DNA from: Alphaproteobacteria bacterium
GTDB lineage: Bacteria > Pseudomonadota > Alphaproteobacteria > UBA9219 > RGZA01
Length of the DNA stretch: 64,000 bases
NCBI GenBank assembly: GCA_041917755.1
Contig: JAYRWY010000003.1
Coordinates: 8,563 to 72,562, forward strand
Reading direction: 5' to 3'
Shown: piece after piece, positions 63,050-64,000 of the stretch
Numbering within the stretch: position 1 is the first letter of the stretch
Layout: each line of letters begins with the position of its first letter
Notes under the pieces: model-generated
Told to the model about the DNA's origin: nothing
What the model saw: only the letters and a program-made list of their open reading frames with translations
The model's database searches: none
Made by a program: the position numbers and the translations under genes

Positions 63050-63673
63050 CTATTTTTTGCCGATATTTGGCTCGGTACCTTTTAAAAGCCGCTCAATATT
63101 GGAGCGATGCTTGTAAACAATCAGGGCGGATAATGCCAGTAAATGAAACGTGTATTGGGGCATGTCAATAAACCACGCAAAGAATGGCGCTGCGCCAATT
63201 GCCGCAATCGCCGCAGCTGATGATTTACGCAATACAAACGCAATAAGTAGCCACATGCAAATTACCATCAGGCCCAATTGCCATGACAGCATTAAATAAA
63301 ATCCAATCGCAGTGGCAACGCCTTTGCCGCCTTTGAATTTTAAAAATAGCGGATAAATATGGCCAATTACGGCGCAGATACCCATCAGCATGCCAAGAAA
63401 TTCATTTTGCGTGAGCATCACGCCCACATACATGGCCAAAGCGCCTTTGCCGCCATCTAAAAATAAAGTGAGTACTGCAAGTTGTTTGTTGCCAGTGCGC
63501 AGTACATTGGTTGCGCCAATATTGCCAGAACCAATGTTGCGAATATCGCCAAGCCCGGCAAGCTTGGTCAGCAATAATCCGAATGGAATTGAGCCAAGCA
63601 AATAGGCTGCTGCAAACAGCACATAAACATAGGCCTGATAGGCAAATAGGGATTGAATAAACGTGGGCAGCAT
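63050..63673 (-). CDS. plsY: glycerol-3-phosphate acyltransferase PlsY
   Basis: Contains the PlsY motifs GSGNIGATNVLR and HIYPLFLKFKGGKGVAT. Confidence 0.9.
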   Translation of the reverse strand: MLPTFIQSLFAYQAYVYVLFAAAYLLGSIPFGLLLTKLAGLGDIRNIGSGNIGATNVLRTGNKQLAVLTLFLDGGKGALAMYVGVMLTQNEFLGMLMGICAVIGHIYPLFLKFKGGKGVATAIGFYLMLSWQLGLMVICMWLLIAFVLRKSSAAAIAAIGAAPFFAWFIDMPQYTFHLLALSALIVYKHRSNIERLLKGTEPNIGKK

Positions 63674-63693
63674 AAGAACCGAAAAAATATAAG

Positions 63694-64000
63694 TTACGCG
63701 GCGTTGGCCATCTTGGATCCATCATACACATGACGGCCATCCAGAATAGTGTGTTTCACGCGCCCTTGAACAGGCAGTGTCTCATAAGGTGAGTTCTTGG
63801 ATTTAGAGTGAAGATGGTCATTGCTGATACGCCATGGCTCATCCAGATCAAATATTACCATGTCAGCAGCATGGCCTTTGGCAAGGCGACCAATCGGCAG
63901 GCGTAAAATTTCAGCAGGATTGCAGGTCATTTTTGCAAGGACATCCAAAAGGCTTATCTTGTTTTCATGATGCAGCTTGAGGCTCAGGGCTAATAGGGTT
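63694..64000 (-). CDS. pyrC: dihydroorotase, C-terminal part (5' end outside the window)
   Basis: The C-terminal sequence and the pyrC-plsY-dprA synteny both fit dihydroorotase. Confidence 0.6.
   Translation of the reverse strand, partial: TLLALSLKLHHENKISLLDVLAKMTCNPAEILRLPIGRLAKGHAADMVIFDLDEPWRISNDHLHSKSKNSPYETLPVQGRVKHTILDGRHVYDGSKMANAA

Overview
This 64 kb window looks like an alphaproteobacterial chromosomal segment. That placement rests on the pyrC-plsY-dprA-topA-rnr synteny, a divK-pleD operon, a split ATP-synthase F0 operon with b and b' subunits, a COQ9-like gene divergent from rpsU, and a circularly permuted two-piece tmRNA. GC is roughly 45-50% and TGA is used as a stop codon. Most of the window is core housekeeping genes: def-fmt-truA, aspS, rnd, ppk1, prfC, thyX, nhaA, the TPP-riboswitch-thiC unit, a pabB-pabC fusion, topA and rnr. 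The yejABEF peptide ABC transporter is present, and its yejB carries an in-frame TGA. Three genes are missing from the ORF track: rpmJ (L36, under 60 aa), the two-piece ssrA (tmRNA, tag ANDNVAPEARVALAA) and the TPP riboswitch upstream of thiC. The strongest candidate for an undescribed system is a six-gene, translationally coupled type IV pilus / T2SS-like operon at 4171-11839. It encodes a lipoprotein secretin with a polybasic Lys/His tail, two prepilins with 12-13 aa leaders (the second Cys-rich), a GspE-type ATPase, a GspF-type platform and a 433-aa single-pass membrane protein. That last protein appears to fuse a cytoplasmic GspL/PilM-position domain to a periplasmic PilP/GspC-like HR domain. 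No prepilin peptidase, retraction ATPase or separate PilMNOP/GspLMC genes are present in the window. Other accessory-looking regions are: an rpsU-linked GT2/ArnT-like glycosylation pair with a Pro-rich repeat protein and an orphan receiver; a cluster of uncharacterized small proteins at 53.2-56.0 kb behind a consensus promoter with a palindromic operator; and two hypothetical proteins with NLS-like C-terminal basic tails.
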